Part shown: positions 34,706 through 47,300 of the stretch, in pieces
Layout: each line of letters starts with the position of its first letter
Numbering within the stretch: position 1 is the stretch's first letter
Origin: Phoronis australis
Taxonomy: Eukaryota; Animalia; Phoronida
Assembly (NCBI GenBank): GCA_002633005.1
Contig: NMRA01000821.1
Coordinates: forward strand, 1 to 52,887
DNA: 52,887 nucleotides
Reading direction: 5' to 3'
Notes under the pieces: generated by a model
Database searches by the model: none
Told to the model about the DNA's origin: nothing
What the model saw: only the letters and a program-made list of their open reading frames with translations
Program-made: the position numbers and the translations under genes

Positions 34706-35142
34706 TTAACGATTTTGGGAACTGAACGAGGGACTGCTTGAAGAAAAAGTTTGATAACGCGGGGAGATTTGTTCGAGTTGGAAGGAATCGACGGCTTCCT
34801 GAGGTGTCCCTCTATGCACAAAAAGCATTTATAACAATGTAGCATTGATTTTTAGTCAGTGCGAGGCATAATTCACCGAAAATCTTCCAGCGTATGAAGC
34901 GCATATAGGAGCTTCAGTCTCTACTGTCTGCGGATCCAGTACAGTAGAGACTCGGTGGTCACTGTCTCATTCACATACACAATAACACAGCTGCAAGCTT
35001 GCTGAATATACCAATTTGTTCGTCCACAACAAATACATTTCGTGAATCTTGTATTTCCAATCAAGGTCCTTCGATTTTTTAAGGCATCACAACAAACATA
35101 AATAAGTTAACTTATAAGAAACGGGTGTAAAGTACAACAAAC

Positions 35143-35220
35143 CTTCGGCTTTATTGGGAGTCCTCGATATTTTCGAACAACGCGAAGTGTAAGGTGATTG
35201 GTTCGCGGAAGTCACGTTGG
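35143..35220 (-). promoter_or_regulatory. Candidate KIF14 promoter and non-coding first exon
   Basis: ETS-like ACTTCCG, CCAAT, TTCGCG-TTG-TTCGAA (CDE/CHR-like), then donor GAAG|GTTTGT at 35142. Confidence 0.35.
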
Positions 35221-35909
35221 TACATAAAACCCTAAAAATAAAATTAAATCAATTCTAGGTCTTTTATGTTAAAAAAGTATAAAACCTGTAGTAAAATTGT
35301 TATTTATCAAATGGTTTAAAGAATTTAAAAGTTTTGATTTTGTATCAATGGCTAACCAAAAGTGTTTTGCTAAATTATACTCTCCAAATACCTTGTTGAC
35401 CTCTTAACCTATTTTTATGTATGTCGGCGTTGCCTTGTGATCGATCCTTCTCCAGGAAATTCAGTACGTCACGTACGCGGCAGTGTTGGGGTCGCAAAAG
35501 AGATAAACTTGCGACGTAAGTATATATACACCGCTTGCATTTTTCTGAAATCTTAACTTGACTTGTAGAATGTCGTAAATTATTCACTAACTTTCATCAA
35601 GTTGTTCATGTTTACAAAAACAAGCTGCGTTAGGATCGTCAGCATTGCCATTGTCTGGCATTGTCAGCCGGTGCACTATTTCTTGGAAAAAGCAAGTTGC
35701 TTACAACACAATTTGCAATCTGTCGTCAAATAGACACTTGAAATATCAATTTTGGTGCTAGCACCTGGTTTAACTGATGAGCGAAACACCACATGTTTTG
35801 GCAGGATTGGCTCCCACTAGATAACATGGACCACATGACTTATTATGATTGTTACCAGGTCACAAGGTCTGTCTGGGCCTACCATTGTCTGAACTAAGTA
35901 AGGAGGCTC

Positions 35910-36075
35910 CAGGGGCGGATCTACGTTTTCAGCAAGGGGGGGTTTAGGATTCCCGCCAAGGTCGAATCGTAGGCGCGTGGCGCCGAGCGGGGGGAGGTTG
36001 GGAGGGGGGTTTCCCCTCCCGTGTAAGATATTTTTTGTTTTTGTAGCCAAATAGTGAAATTTCCATGCATCCTGG
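35910..36075 (+). mobile_element. Truncated hAT-like MITE
   Basis: CAGGGGCGGATC terminus, G-rich body; other end not found. Confidence 0.45.
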
Positions 36076-36399
36076 TAAGTTTCTGGGCTTTCTGTCACTT
36101 AACATGTCTCTGGAGTTTTTCTTAAGATAATTAAAAACTCTTCTCGATTTCGTCACATGAACTTGGCACATAAGTTTCGTGAAACCATATTGTGCACATC
36201 AGGGTATGAGTCACGCCACCAGAAAAAAATTTTGTTGGAACATCTGCTTACACACACCTTTTTTAGCATACGAAAAGTCGTACGAAAAAGTGTGGTGTGT
36301 ATACAGGGGTTTAGACAATTTCCAAATATTCAAGAGCATAATTAAAGAGCACCGACGGGGCGTAAAAACTTGAATATCAGATGATCGCAACAGTATTTA

Positions 36400-36580
36400 C
36401 GGCGTTAGAAACTTTCTGAAATTAGGGCGAATTCTTATTTCTTGCCGATATGCTACTCGTAGTTTCATGGATAGTTCCCGAAGAGTAATGTCTGCGATGA
36501 CAAGTGACAGATATGTAGCGCGTGTTTCCTAGCCACGCCCTTTTAACAACTAGTTTTTTATTCGTGAGACAGTCGTCGAT
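36400..36580 (+). mobile_element. Internal fragment of the same family
   Basis: Colinear similarity to 15040-15220. Confidence 0.65.
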
Positions 36581-38276
36581 TTTGACGTGTAGGCCCTACA
36601 AAGTGTCAAAAAGATAGGTCACACCTGACCAGTTCAGTGTACAATTTTGAAACATATATACCTTCAGTGGAGATGTTAAGGCTATAGACTAGAGAAAAGA
36701 CAGTTTTGACTACTGACATTGAACTCTAGAAATTCGTGTCGAGTTTGGAATTGGTATTGTGGAGAACACTGATACAACTAAATTACATTATGACAAATAG
36801 AAACGACACACAGTGACCAAATTCGATGTCGGTGCTTATCGCCTAGTCAAGTCGAAGAACTTTATTCGAGGAGTAGCATGCTAATGGGAAAACTGATATT
36901 CGGTAATCAGCTGGCGATGAAATACGTGTTGTGAAAACTAACAATGGCTAGATTCAAAGTCAATGAGAAAGTCCAAGCAATAGATGAGGTGGGTCGGTGG
37001 GTGAGAGCTGACTAACACTCAAAATCTGCCACTGTTTGGCACTTAAAATTTAAACAAAAAAATTAAAAGATATCAACCTGGCAGGAAACAAAACAAAAAT
37101 AGACTGGAGTAAGAAAAATAAAATGATGAAAACAGTATGCAACATTTAAACCATCTATCGTTTGGGAGTCAAATAGCCTTTGTCAAGGCGAACCCAAGTA
37201 ACCGTTTTTTGTTGTTTTTTTGTTGTTGTTTTGCGATATATCTGAAATGTCATAACACCCGTACTTTCATCATTACAGGCTGCAATTCTCTGTAAATGTC
37301 AAAGAAACAATTATTTCGGTGTAACATCCACCACTGTTGAGAGAACAATGCTAGCGATTACCTTACTGCTTCATCACCTTGAACAGGCATTAAAAAGTTG
37401 TCTGAGGGTAAAGGGAATATCAGCAGTGACCAGTGTAAGCGAGAAATTCTCCACATGTTCACATCGCTCAAGAAGCTTGTTATTTACATCCCTTGACTGA
37501 TATTGACATCCTTCATGACTGTAATTCACATGCATCTCTTCATTCTTTTCAGTTGCTTCAGTAACTCACAGAATGTCTTCGAGGAACACAGCTGTGTCAC
37601 TGTGCCTTGGTAAGAAAATGGGCTCCATTTGTAGTGTATTAACTATTTCAATCTTTTCATTGGCTGCACCTGGTGGACATACAGCGAGCTCCGTGGTTCT
37701 CGCGTGTAATTCCTCAAAACTGTTAGATTTGTTACCGATGACGAGTTCAGCTCATGTAGCTGTCAGATGTCTCTGACCTGGCGTATATCAGGACTACGCT
37801 AGTTTTATAATTGTTTTTTTGTGCAACACACCTGGAATTTTTATCATTGTACTCTATTGTCTGCATTACACTTGGTGCATAGTTCTTTTATGTGTTTCAT
37901 GTTAATTAAAGTGTTGTTTTTATCTTGAAATATCTAATTAATTAGTATGTTGTATTTTCTGAAAAGCATTTTAGAGGCCTTTATATTGCTGGGCTGTAGT
38001 GAGCTCTTCAGGTAGAAATCGTTATTTTTGAAACTTGGTAATAATTATTCACAGTGTAGCTTACCCAATCACTAGTCAAAGTTTAACTTTTTCAATGTCT
38101 AATCAAAGTAATTTAACTTTCACTTTGCTAGAAATAAGTCATAGTTTGACTTAACTATAATAACTAGTCATAGCGTATGTTACTTGCTCGTTAAGTGTTT
38201 GACTTGCTACTGTTTTTCATCTGTATTGTGAAATAAATAGTGAATTCATTTCTCAATTGTCATGTTTATTTTTCAG

Positions 38277-38312
38277 GCCTGTTTCTATTGGTTGTGCTTG
38301 GACAGGGTAATG
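38277..38312 (+). CDS. CUB gene exon, signal-peptide-like (LFLLVVLGQGN)
   Basis: TTTCAG acceptor; phase-1 donors after 38306 or 38312. Confidence 0.6.
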
Positions 38313-41300
38313 GTATGTATGATTTTGTGATTTCTCCACAGATGTCTTCAATAGTGTACACTTTAGATACGGTATACACTGTCCATATTACACTCTGGTC
38401 AGTTCATATCGAAAATTCTGTAATTTTGCATTCTAGCTGTGACACTTGAAGTGTTATATGTTCACACGTACATACACGGGTGCATGTTGCCATCATCTCT
38501 GACTGCAGGTCATGTGACCATGTGACTGCAGGTCATGTGACCATGAAGTATCCAGCGTCTGCTACATCTTTCAAACCCCTTGCACGATCTTCATGAGATT
38601 TGGTAGATGTGATCCCGTGGAGCTGATAAGAACTGACGCCGAGTTTTGGATTGTTTCGACAATCGCTCTGCCCCCTAGTGGCAAATTTATTTTTACGTTT
38701 TTATATATTTTCATGAATTTCATTCATTTGTTAACAGTTCCTGATAAGGATGGTTTGTAGTTGCTGATTGGTTAGGTTGAAAAGGTTGCGATTTCATCAG
38801 GAATTCAGTCGGGCAATTGCTGGTTGGTGCTTATACATTTTTGGTGACCATCAAACCTAAAAAAAATATTAAAATTTTCTCTGACACTTTTTCCAAAATC
38901 TCCAAATGTTGACTCAAAAATATGAGTACAGCCCCAGAAGTCGCTTTTGCATTATATCCAGGATGTCATTCTCTCCTTGCATACAGTCACTAAGACCGAG
39001 CTCAAAGGAATAGGAGTCACATTTGCACAACACTCGATTGTCAGCTAGTGAAGCCAGGATTTGAATCCGGGTCTCCCAAAGAGGACTCGATGGCTCTAAC
39101 CACTCAGCCATGCTACTTGATATCCTGCTGCATGCTGGTTTCAGAAACTTTGTTAAAACTTATCAGTCATGTTTGTAACCTGTAATAAAGTTTGTAATTA
39201 TTCATAAATATTGAAATTTCATTATCAATACATTCACAAAATTTGCTATTTCTTTTGGTGTTCCTCAAGAGGGAAATGCAGTTTCACAATTTCTACACCA
39301 GATGTCAGTAAAACCAAATCAAGATGGACCAGTTGTTTGAAGCTACAGGCGAGGAGTTTGGTTTGGGTACTGACTGTTTAAAGGAAAAGTGTGGCGTGGG
39401 CATTGCTGGCAGTGTGGGCTGGTTGATAAGTGCCCGCTTTCTTTACTCGAGGTCGTGGGTTCAAGTCCCACCAGGTCACACTGTCTGCTAAACCCTTGAG
39501 CCAGGTTTCTAGCTCCTCAGCTCGGTTTTAACCATACATGTATATTAATAAAGCATAAAAATATTTCCAGGTGATTTGTGCAATGGGCCCACATGCGAGG
39601 CCTGTGCACGTCTGGTACAACGTGTATCAGACCGCCTGCAATTAAAAAAAAATATTGCTGGAATGTTCTTTTGATACGTTTATGTGATTTTTATAGTTTC
39701 TAATTTGTCATCGATGATGTTAATAACATTGTGTAATCTTATCCAGTTTCAGCTGACCCCTGTAATGTCGTACTAAACCAGAACACTGACTTCGCTCTGT
39801 CACCCAACTATCCTGACTCCTATGTTCTTAGCAACTGTTCCCGTGTACAGTACACGTTTGCGCTGAACATGTCCGCCACGGTTCACATCACGTTTCACGT
39901 GGAAAATGTCCGACAGAACGTTGACTTCTTGTCACTGACAATACCTGCAACTAACCAAACTGTCACCAACATGACGGGACCAGCCGGTGAGTAGGCGCCA
40001 TCCGTTGCAGTGTTCACACGTTTAAAAGTACCAAAACAACATCTCATGTGGCTGTTTTTTATCCTTGATAAGTTTGTGCCTGCCTTTGATTTTGCACAGT
40101 CAAATGCACTGCACCAGCCACTGCGTCATGTATGAACGGGTCATGGGTTGTGTTTATTTGGATATTCAGCCAATAAGAAAATGAGTTTTGTTCAGTGACT
40201 TAGCTAAAGGTGGCTCAATTTATGTTACTGGTCAACTATCCTATTCAAGATGGCGTAGCATTGGTTACCTAGGTTACTTACTGATTAGCGAGGTTTTCCA
40301 AGTTTGGAGTTCAACGTTGAAAAAGGTAACTGACCCACCAAGATTATTCAAGATTTTTTGACGAGCCTGATTGTGTTTTTAGTTGAACTAACAATGGTTA
40401 TTGAGGGAGTTAAGAACTTTAAGGTTGGAGGAAAATATTAGATAAGAGAAGCTTTGTCAAATTTATCTAGTGATTAGCATTCAAAATTATACACAGCTGT
40501 CCTCAAACCAAAGGGAGTTTGATGATTGTTTCTACAATTGGATATTCCATGACAGAGTCACTCTGTTTGGTATCTGAAATGGTGCGATGTTGTATGTTAA
40601 GACTTTAGGGTCAACTGGGTGAGGTGATTAGCTAAATGTGACAAGATTCAGGGATTTTTATCACAAAATAATGACGCATCCTTGCATATTCATTTCTGCT
40701 TGTAAGGAGACCTTACAGCACCTGGGCGCCCTTCCAGCATTGATCCACTCAAAGCACTATGATGTTGATAAACACTGGCAGCTTCACAGCCATCAGAGTT
40801 AAAGCGGCATATTGCCTCTTTAGCTGTCTGAAAATGGGAAGTGAATTAGAACTTCTGGTCTGACTCATAAAATTGATCTTTTATTATTCCTTACTCAAAC
40901 CTATTCCATTTCTGTGACAAAACAGAACATCGAAACCATCAGTGACTTGAAAAATGCAAATTTTAAAATGGAGTGTGACTCGAGTTGATAACTCTTATCA
41001 CGATTAGAAACATTATGAGACTGGTTTCATGAGAGTATAAGGCTTAATTCGATTTTTGTTTTTTAGCCCGTCAAATAGAGCAAAATTCAACTTTTACTCT
41101 CTTAGGCCTATTTTCTGGTAAACTATCTAATTTGACCCTTTTCTGTTAAAAACCCCACTTTTGGAGCATGTCATAAAATCACAGACTGGTAATATGTGGT
41201 TGATACTCAAGTATAACTACTTCATCACTCGTCTCTTTCATTATGTGTAACGCATGCTAAAATCTCTTCAGTTTAGTGAAATTTTATTTTATCATTTTTT

Positions 41301-44300
41301 CCATGGAACATATGCCGTACTTAATATAATCAAATAGTGTTTCATTTTCAAAGGTTCTGTATCACATCTACCGTTAGACAAAGCTTTGAAAAAATTGCTG
41401 TCAATGTTAGAAACTTATGTTGAAAAATGAAAGAAGGGTGACTTGTGCAATTGTTTTTGTCTAAAATTGGTGACGTTTTGCCGAACCTGTTCTGCTTTGA
41501 TCAAGCGGAATCTGCGAGACAGTAGACTCTGATGTTCTTTGTTCTCCACAGGTGTCGTTCTGACTATGTCTAACTCTAGCGAGACCGTCATTCAGCTGTC
41601 CATTGGGAACGTTTCCAGTTCGCCAGACGACGGGCCTTTCAGATTTGCCTTCAACTACACGACTGAAAGTTAGTATAGTGTGCAGATGGAAAGGTTAAAG
41701 GTTAAAGGTTAAATGTTGGTCTCACCATGTTTCTTAGATTAGAAATTATTTTAAGGTTGTTAATGCTTCACACAGGGTGGAGATTTAAGATTGTTCTTAC
41801 ACTACCTAGCAGCAGTTGCTAAGTAACTGTTCAGTCGGGCAACTATAATTAAGGGCATCACAGTCTCAATTATAATAGGTAGAAATAAGTCAGTAACTAT
41901 CAGTAGTGTTTATATCCTCCGATACTTTGCACTTTTGCCCAAGTGAGATTTTGTTACTTTTCGGAAATGGTTGTGGGGTGCATAGGCGGTGACCTAATTT
42001 CTGTCTTAAGTCTTTTAATACTTAAAAGATCTATTAAGATTCTTTCCACAGTCTAAGCTGGGTCAAAGTCATCCATGTAACCCGGTAATATAGTCGAGTA
42101 CAGAATAATAGACACTTATCTTGAGTTGTCATAAAAGTAGAATTTAATATGTCAAAAATAATTGCGAGCTCAATTTCGAATACAAGGATTAGAACCAGTG
42201 CTCAGAACATGATACATTGTGGTTTCAACAATACGCACTAGGTGGTGCCAATGATGGATGGTCTTTTTTAACATCATAGAAAGTTGAGTGCTGACAGCAG
42301 TTTATTACCCAAAGGGATCACATTCCCGAACTAAGGGTCCCATTGGACTATTCGAATGCGAATAGTAAGGGTAGTGTATATAAATTTGGCAATCTCAAAA
42401 TGGCGTGGAAAATAGGTTTCAAACATTTAAGTCTGGTCAGTATGCGATATGTTGGCCAACAGATGGCGTGCTAACAAGACTTAAAAATGTTTGCTACTAA
42501 GGGTAGGACCTTTCTTTCACCCGAGTTCATCTAATCAGGTATCAACACGAAATCCGTGATGTTGAAATTTCAGTGTAGAGAGGTTAACGAATCTAAGAAA
42601 ATCAACATTACCACTATTCTGACTGTGGTCTTGTTGAATTGTGGATTGTGTGCATTTGCGCTTTTGGGAAGTACTTGTATTGAGATATTTTGGAGTTTGA
42701 AAATTGTCTCATTTGACACTTTTATTGGAAAAGTTTTGCTATGTCTGACATGGCAATCATATATTTAACAAATTACTATGATTTTAATTATACTGTGTAT
42801 TGGCACTTGGATTTAGACTGATTTGTAACTGTTTTCCAAGAAAATCAACCAAGCTCAATCAACTGACCCTATATTGGATATTTAATTATGGAATGCCCTT
42901 CTCAAGGCATTTGAGTTGTTATTCTTAACGGCACTCCTTATGGAGACAATTGGTATTCTTAATTTTGCATTGCTTCGATCATCGTACATTTTAGACTGTT
43001 CATACCAGTTGCCATCTGGCAGTAAGGGGGTATTCCACTCGCCCTTCTATCAGAAGATGAGTCTTGTAACCAGTTGTAACTACGTCATCCCTGCCGTCCT
43101 TGCCCCACGAGTCGTGTCCTTCAGTCAGTTTGACTTGAAGGGAGACATCCTGCTGATCACCGCCTCAGGCTCTCAAGTCATACTACCAGGTAAGCTAGAT
43201 TCATAGCATTGTGCCATGCATTACATGGCAGGGTGCCATATAGTGCAAGGCATGGTGCAGTTCAGTGCAAGGCATAGTGCCATCCAGTGCAAGGCATGAT
43301 GCCATACAGTACATGGCATGGTGTCGTATAGTACATGCTGAAAAATCACTGAACAAAGTGATACAGAATTCGCTGTCGTGACTTCTGAGTGCAAGCGAGA
43401 TTACACGCCTTGACTTCAAATTGTAAACAGAATTCACCATCAAAGGAGCTGACTGTAATTACATAATTTTGTCATTCTGGTGACATTGTGTAGCTTTGTT
43501 CCCTAACATTAGGAGTTCATGTACAATTTGGTGTAGACAAAAACGCATACGCAAGACTCTCAATATGGACCATAATGAATCGGGAGTTTCAAAAATTTAC
43601 AAAATGTTAGCAGAAGAGATAAATTTCTGTTCGTGAGTTTGGCGACCAAGACTATTAAAATTTAAATTAAAATAAATTTTTTCATCTTACTGTCATGTCC
43701 TTGTAGGTCATGTTGATCAAGTGCTAACTTCTAGTACACCAATGGACCAGGGAAGTAAAGCTTAATATAGAACTACCCAGTGTCAGTTTACTTCCGTCCA
43801 GTGTGAGCCGATAAAAATGGATTAATACAAACAGGAGTACAAAAAGGCTGACCAATGACAAAGTTATAACAGACTAAATTAGAATAATTATCTGTAACAA
43901 GTTGAAAGAGGGGAAGTATAAAACAATGATTGCAGGCAGTTTAGTACACATTGTACCAGAAGTGCGCAGGCCGTGCATTTGGTTACATTGCACTGATTGT
44001 CCAATAGGAAGTAGGACGTGAATGTGAATTTTTTTGAAGTGACAGACGTACTTTTTTCAGATTCATCAGGAGTGCCAGCTGACTTGATGTTGAACCAAAC
44101 GGATATAATATTAAAGTTCCGTTTTTCATTGGCTAGTCTACGAAAAGGAGTCACTGGTGGATACACTGTTGTCTCACCAAGTAAGTATTGGATAAATTAG
44201 CTGGTCAAAACAGCATAGTAAGCCATCTGTTGGTCAATTGGGGAACTAATGCATCATCAAATGGGTGCATTTTGCAGGCCATTAGTTTTTTGCTAGAAAA

Positions 44301-47300
44301 GCTAGATCACGTAAGACCGCGCAAATTCATAAGTGAAAGATGAGCATTTTGTGATCATGCTCAAAACTTCACTAGCATAACCAGCAAAATGGCAGCCACG
44401 GAAATGATTGGTCGATGACTTCAGAATGTGGAATTATGGGATAGAAAGTGAGTGAATTGTAGAATGGTATTTGTAGCGGGTATCTTGCACCACAGTTGCA
44501 TGGCTAATGTCTTAGGTCTACGGAATGCAGCCCAAGACGTGGAGCTCTTCGGCATTAAGAAATCATGAGAGCCATAGCAGCTCGGCTCAGTTTCAATTTC
44601 TGGGCTGAGTTGCATAAAGCTTCAAAAGTTATCCGCTGGATAAGTTTGATTTTTGCATGACGTCACGTGCATTGTTCGACAATAACAACGTGACGCGTGA
44701 GAATGCGACGTCATTGTTGCTATACAGCGTATAAGTTTTATGCAACTGGGTCCTGGTGTGTAAGACATGCCTAGTGTAGCAAGACAAAGTATTCAGGGGA
44801 AAGTGGGTCTCTGTATAACAAGCTTAGTTTCAGGGATCATTTTAGAAAACATGATGGTTATTGTGAACTGACCCACATGGCCTCAAGTCTGTGGACCAAT
44901 TTGGAGGACTTATTTAGTTTTTGTTCTTTTTCACTTCCAATTTTAATGGGCCCGTTGTCCCAAGTTGAGCAATCAGAACGTGTGAATGAAATTATTTTTG
45001 CGCCAATGGCGCGGGGCACGTGCCAAAAATTATCCCTGGAGGTTAGGAATCTACGAGACAGTAATTTTGATAATAAACGGACTGTTCTACCCGGAGTGCA
45101 ATGACTTCCATGGACTCTTTAAGATTGTTGTTTTAATTTCTTCTGTGGAAGAGAAATAGTATGCCTTGAACCTGAATACGTTTGGATTGACTTTAATTAT
45201 ATCGTTTGAAATCTTTTTCAGGTTGCACTTTCCTCTCTGATACAATTGATGGTAAGGCAGTTATCACTAGTCCTGGCTACCCATTCAACTATGGCAACAA
45301 CCTGAACTGTCGCTGGACCCTCAGCGCTCCTCCGAATACCACAGTTCAGGTCAGGTTTGCGGACTTTGACCTTGCCCCGGATGCTGACAGACTGATAGTT
45401 AAGGACGGGCTCTCCAAGGCTAGCCCTTTGTTGGGCTCTCTCGGTAGAGGAGCAGCACAGTGTATGTATACTTGGGTGACTGTATTCTGATGGTGCATTC
45501 AGTTTAACTCAATAGTATCCTTGGGAGGATCTGGATCGCCTTATTTAGTTTCAGGTATATTTTCTACGTTTAATTCAAGAAATTGTTGACCTGGCTTGGT
45601 TGACTACTAACATAGTTTGTGCAATAAATGAACAGATGTATCTACTGCTTACAATTTCACAGTGGAATATATTTTTTCAGTTTGGGACTCGATATGTCGG
45701 ACAGCTGAAATTTCGTTTTGTCAAAATTTTCAACAGAAATAACTTTTCACAAAAATTAAATTTGCCTTTAATATGGTTTGTATGGCGTAGCTATTGATTT
45801 GGTTAAGTTCTGAACATTTGCAACACTAGGGTAAGTTTCTGAAAAAATAAAAATATGAGAATTTTAGCAATTACTCTTGTCTCATATTAAATAATTTTTT
45901 ATCATTAGCATGTTGTAGGTGGAGTGTGGGGATAAACCACAGTTTGGAGGGAAACTGTTTGCGTAATCTTTTCTTGTTCCTGTTGATAGTGAGACCCTGG
46001 GCATTCGAACTTAAACTTGTTCTTTTTAAATTTTCTGCGACAATGAGTGGGATTTCAAGGTGACTTTCCTTATGTCTGTGTTTGCTTATGCAAAGTTCCC
46101 TCATACTGACCTCTAGGGCTCGACCTTGATACTTCAGGCTCAGATTTTTAATTTTTCCGTTGACGAATGTGTCCTCAGACTTGATTTTCACGTTTACCCC
46201 AGACTTCTCTGTCAGGCTTTTAGTGTGAGTGATTTGAAAAAAACGAGTTAAAACTTGGTCTTGATTTTGTCGGCAATTGATTTTTTAGTGTAAATAGGCC
46301 AGACGATCTTAAAAATCCTCAAAATGAGTGCCTGTCAAGTTTAAAAGGCTAATTATCTTTGATGATAGCAGATTCGTCCGCAAAATGAAAGAAATTTTGT
46401 GCAGAGAACTTCTCTGTTAATGACAGAAACTATTTCTCGATTCAGGCTTGGGCCATAAGCAAGAAGAGAGCCTCCTTTTGAACGTTTAACATTTTCTACT
46501 CGTTTATGATTTTAGTGTAAATGACTTGTGTATCTTTTTTCTGTAGCCATTTTTGGGAAATCATATTTAATGTGTGTTTTGTCCTCCCTTGTGTTTCAGA
46601 CCACGAGGTGTTGCGTACGACTGGTCCAGGATTGTGGCTACAGTTTACCACTGACGAAACGGGAACAGCCAGCGGCTTCAAGGTGGCCATATCTATTGAA
46701 GGTAATGCGTTGGTAGAGTCAATGCTTTTAACGATTCCAGGTTCTGTACTGTTTTACCTAGCATTAGATAATTATGATCATAGTGAGCATCCATAGCAAT
46801 TTTTGAAGCCATACATTTTAAAGTCAGAGTTTTGACTCTTCTGGCGAGATTTTGTTAATGAGTTATGGAAATGTCTAACAACATTTTGGGCAATTCTTTG
46901 GTGAGCTCAGTTGCCCCAAATTAGAAGTGATGCTACCGAGAGTGTTTCCTTAGTCTTAAATCCAAATACAAGTTAGGTAAGTGCTGTATAAATATTTGTG
47001 CATGACTTGAGTCACGTCATTGTTATGAGTTCTTATACTGTAAGAAACGATGTGATGTCTGGTGACAAATATCCTACAAAATTATTGATTCTTATTTTCA
47101 TAATTTGTTGTTTTCGTTATTGTAATATTTTTCTGTCAAATTTTATGTTCCCAATATCTTTGAATTGGCTCCTGTTAGGCTTAGGTGAGGACATTTTTTC
47201 CTGCATTTCAAGTAATTTTCCCCCTATTCCGTTATAGTGGATGGCGGCATGTTTGATGCTCCTGTGGGAAACAACGCATCAATGGCAGCTCATGTCAACT

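Larger units (their letters stand above)
30606..34967. mobile_element. Foldback (fully palindromic) MITE of about 550 bp, expanded by nested insertions
   Basis: Termini AGACAGTGACCACCG/CGGTGGTCACTGTCT flanked by CATT on both sides; 30606-30729 plus 32871-33005 are inverted to 34706-34967; centre palindrome 33008-33040. Confidence 0.8.

Noticed and set aside
35774-35805. CTGATGAGCGAAAC hammerhead-like core
   Set aside because: Stem II has no loop and stems I and III are weak; cannot support a ribozyme.
26120-39480. tRNA-like sequences at 26120-26192, 39050-39115 and 39408-39475 as tRNA genes
   Set aside because: No complete cloverleaf, and two share a downstream body; SINE heads.
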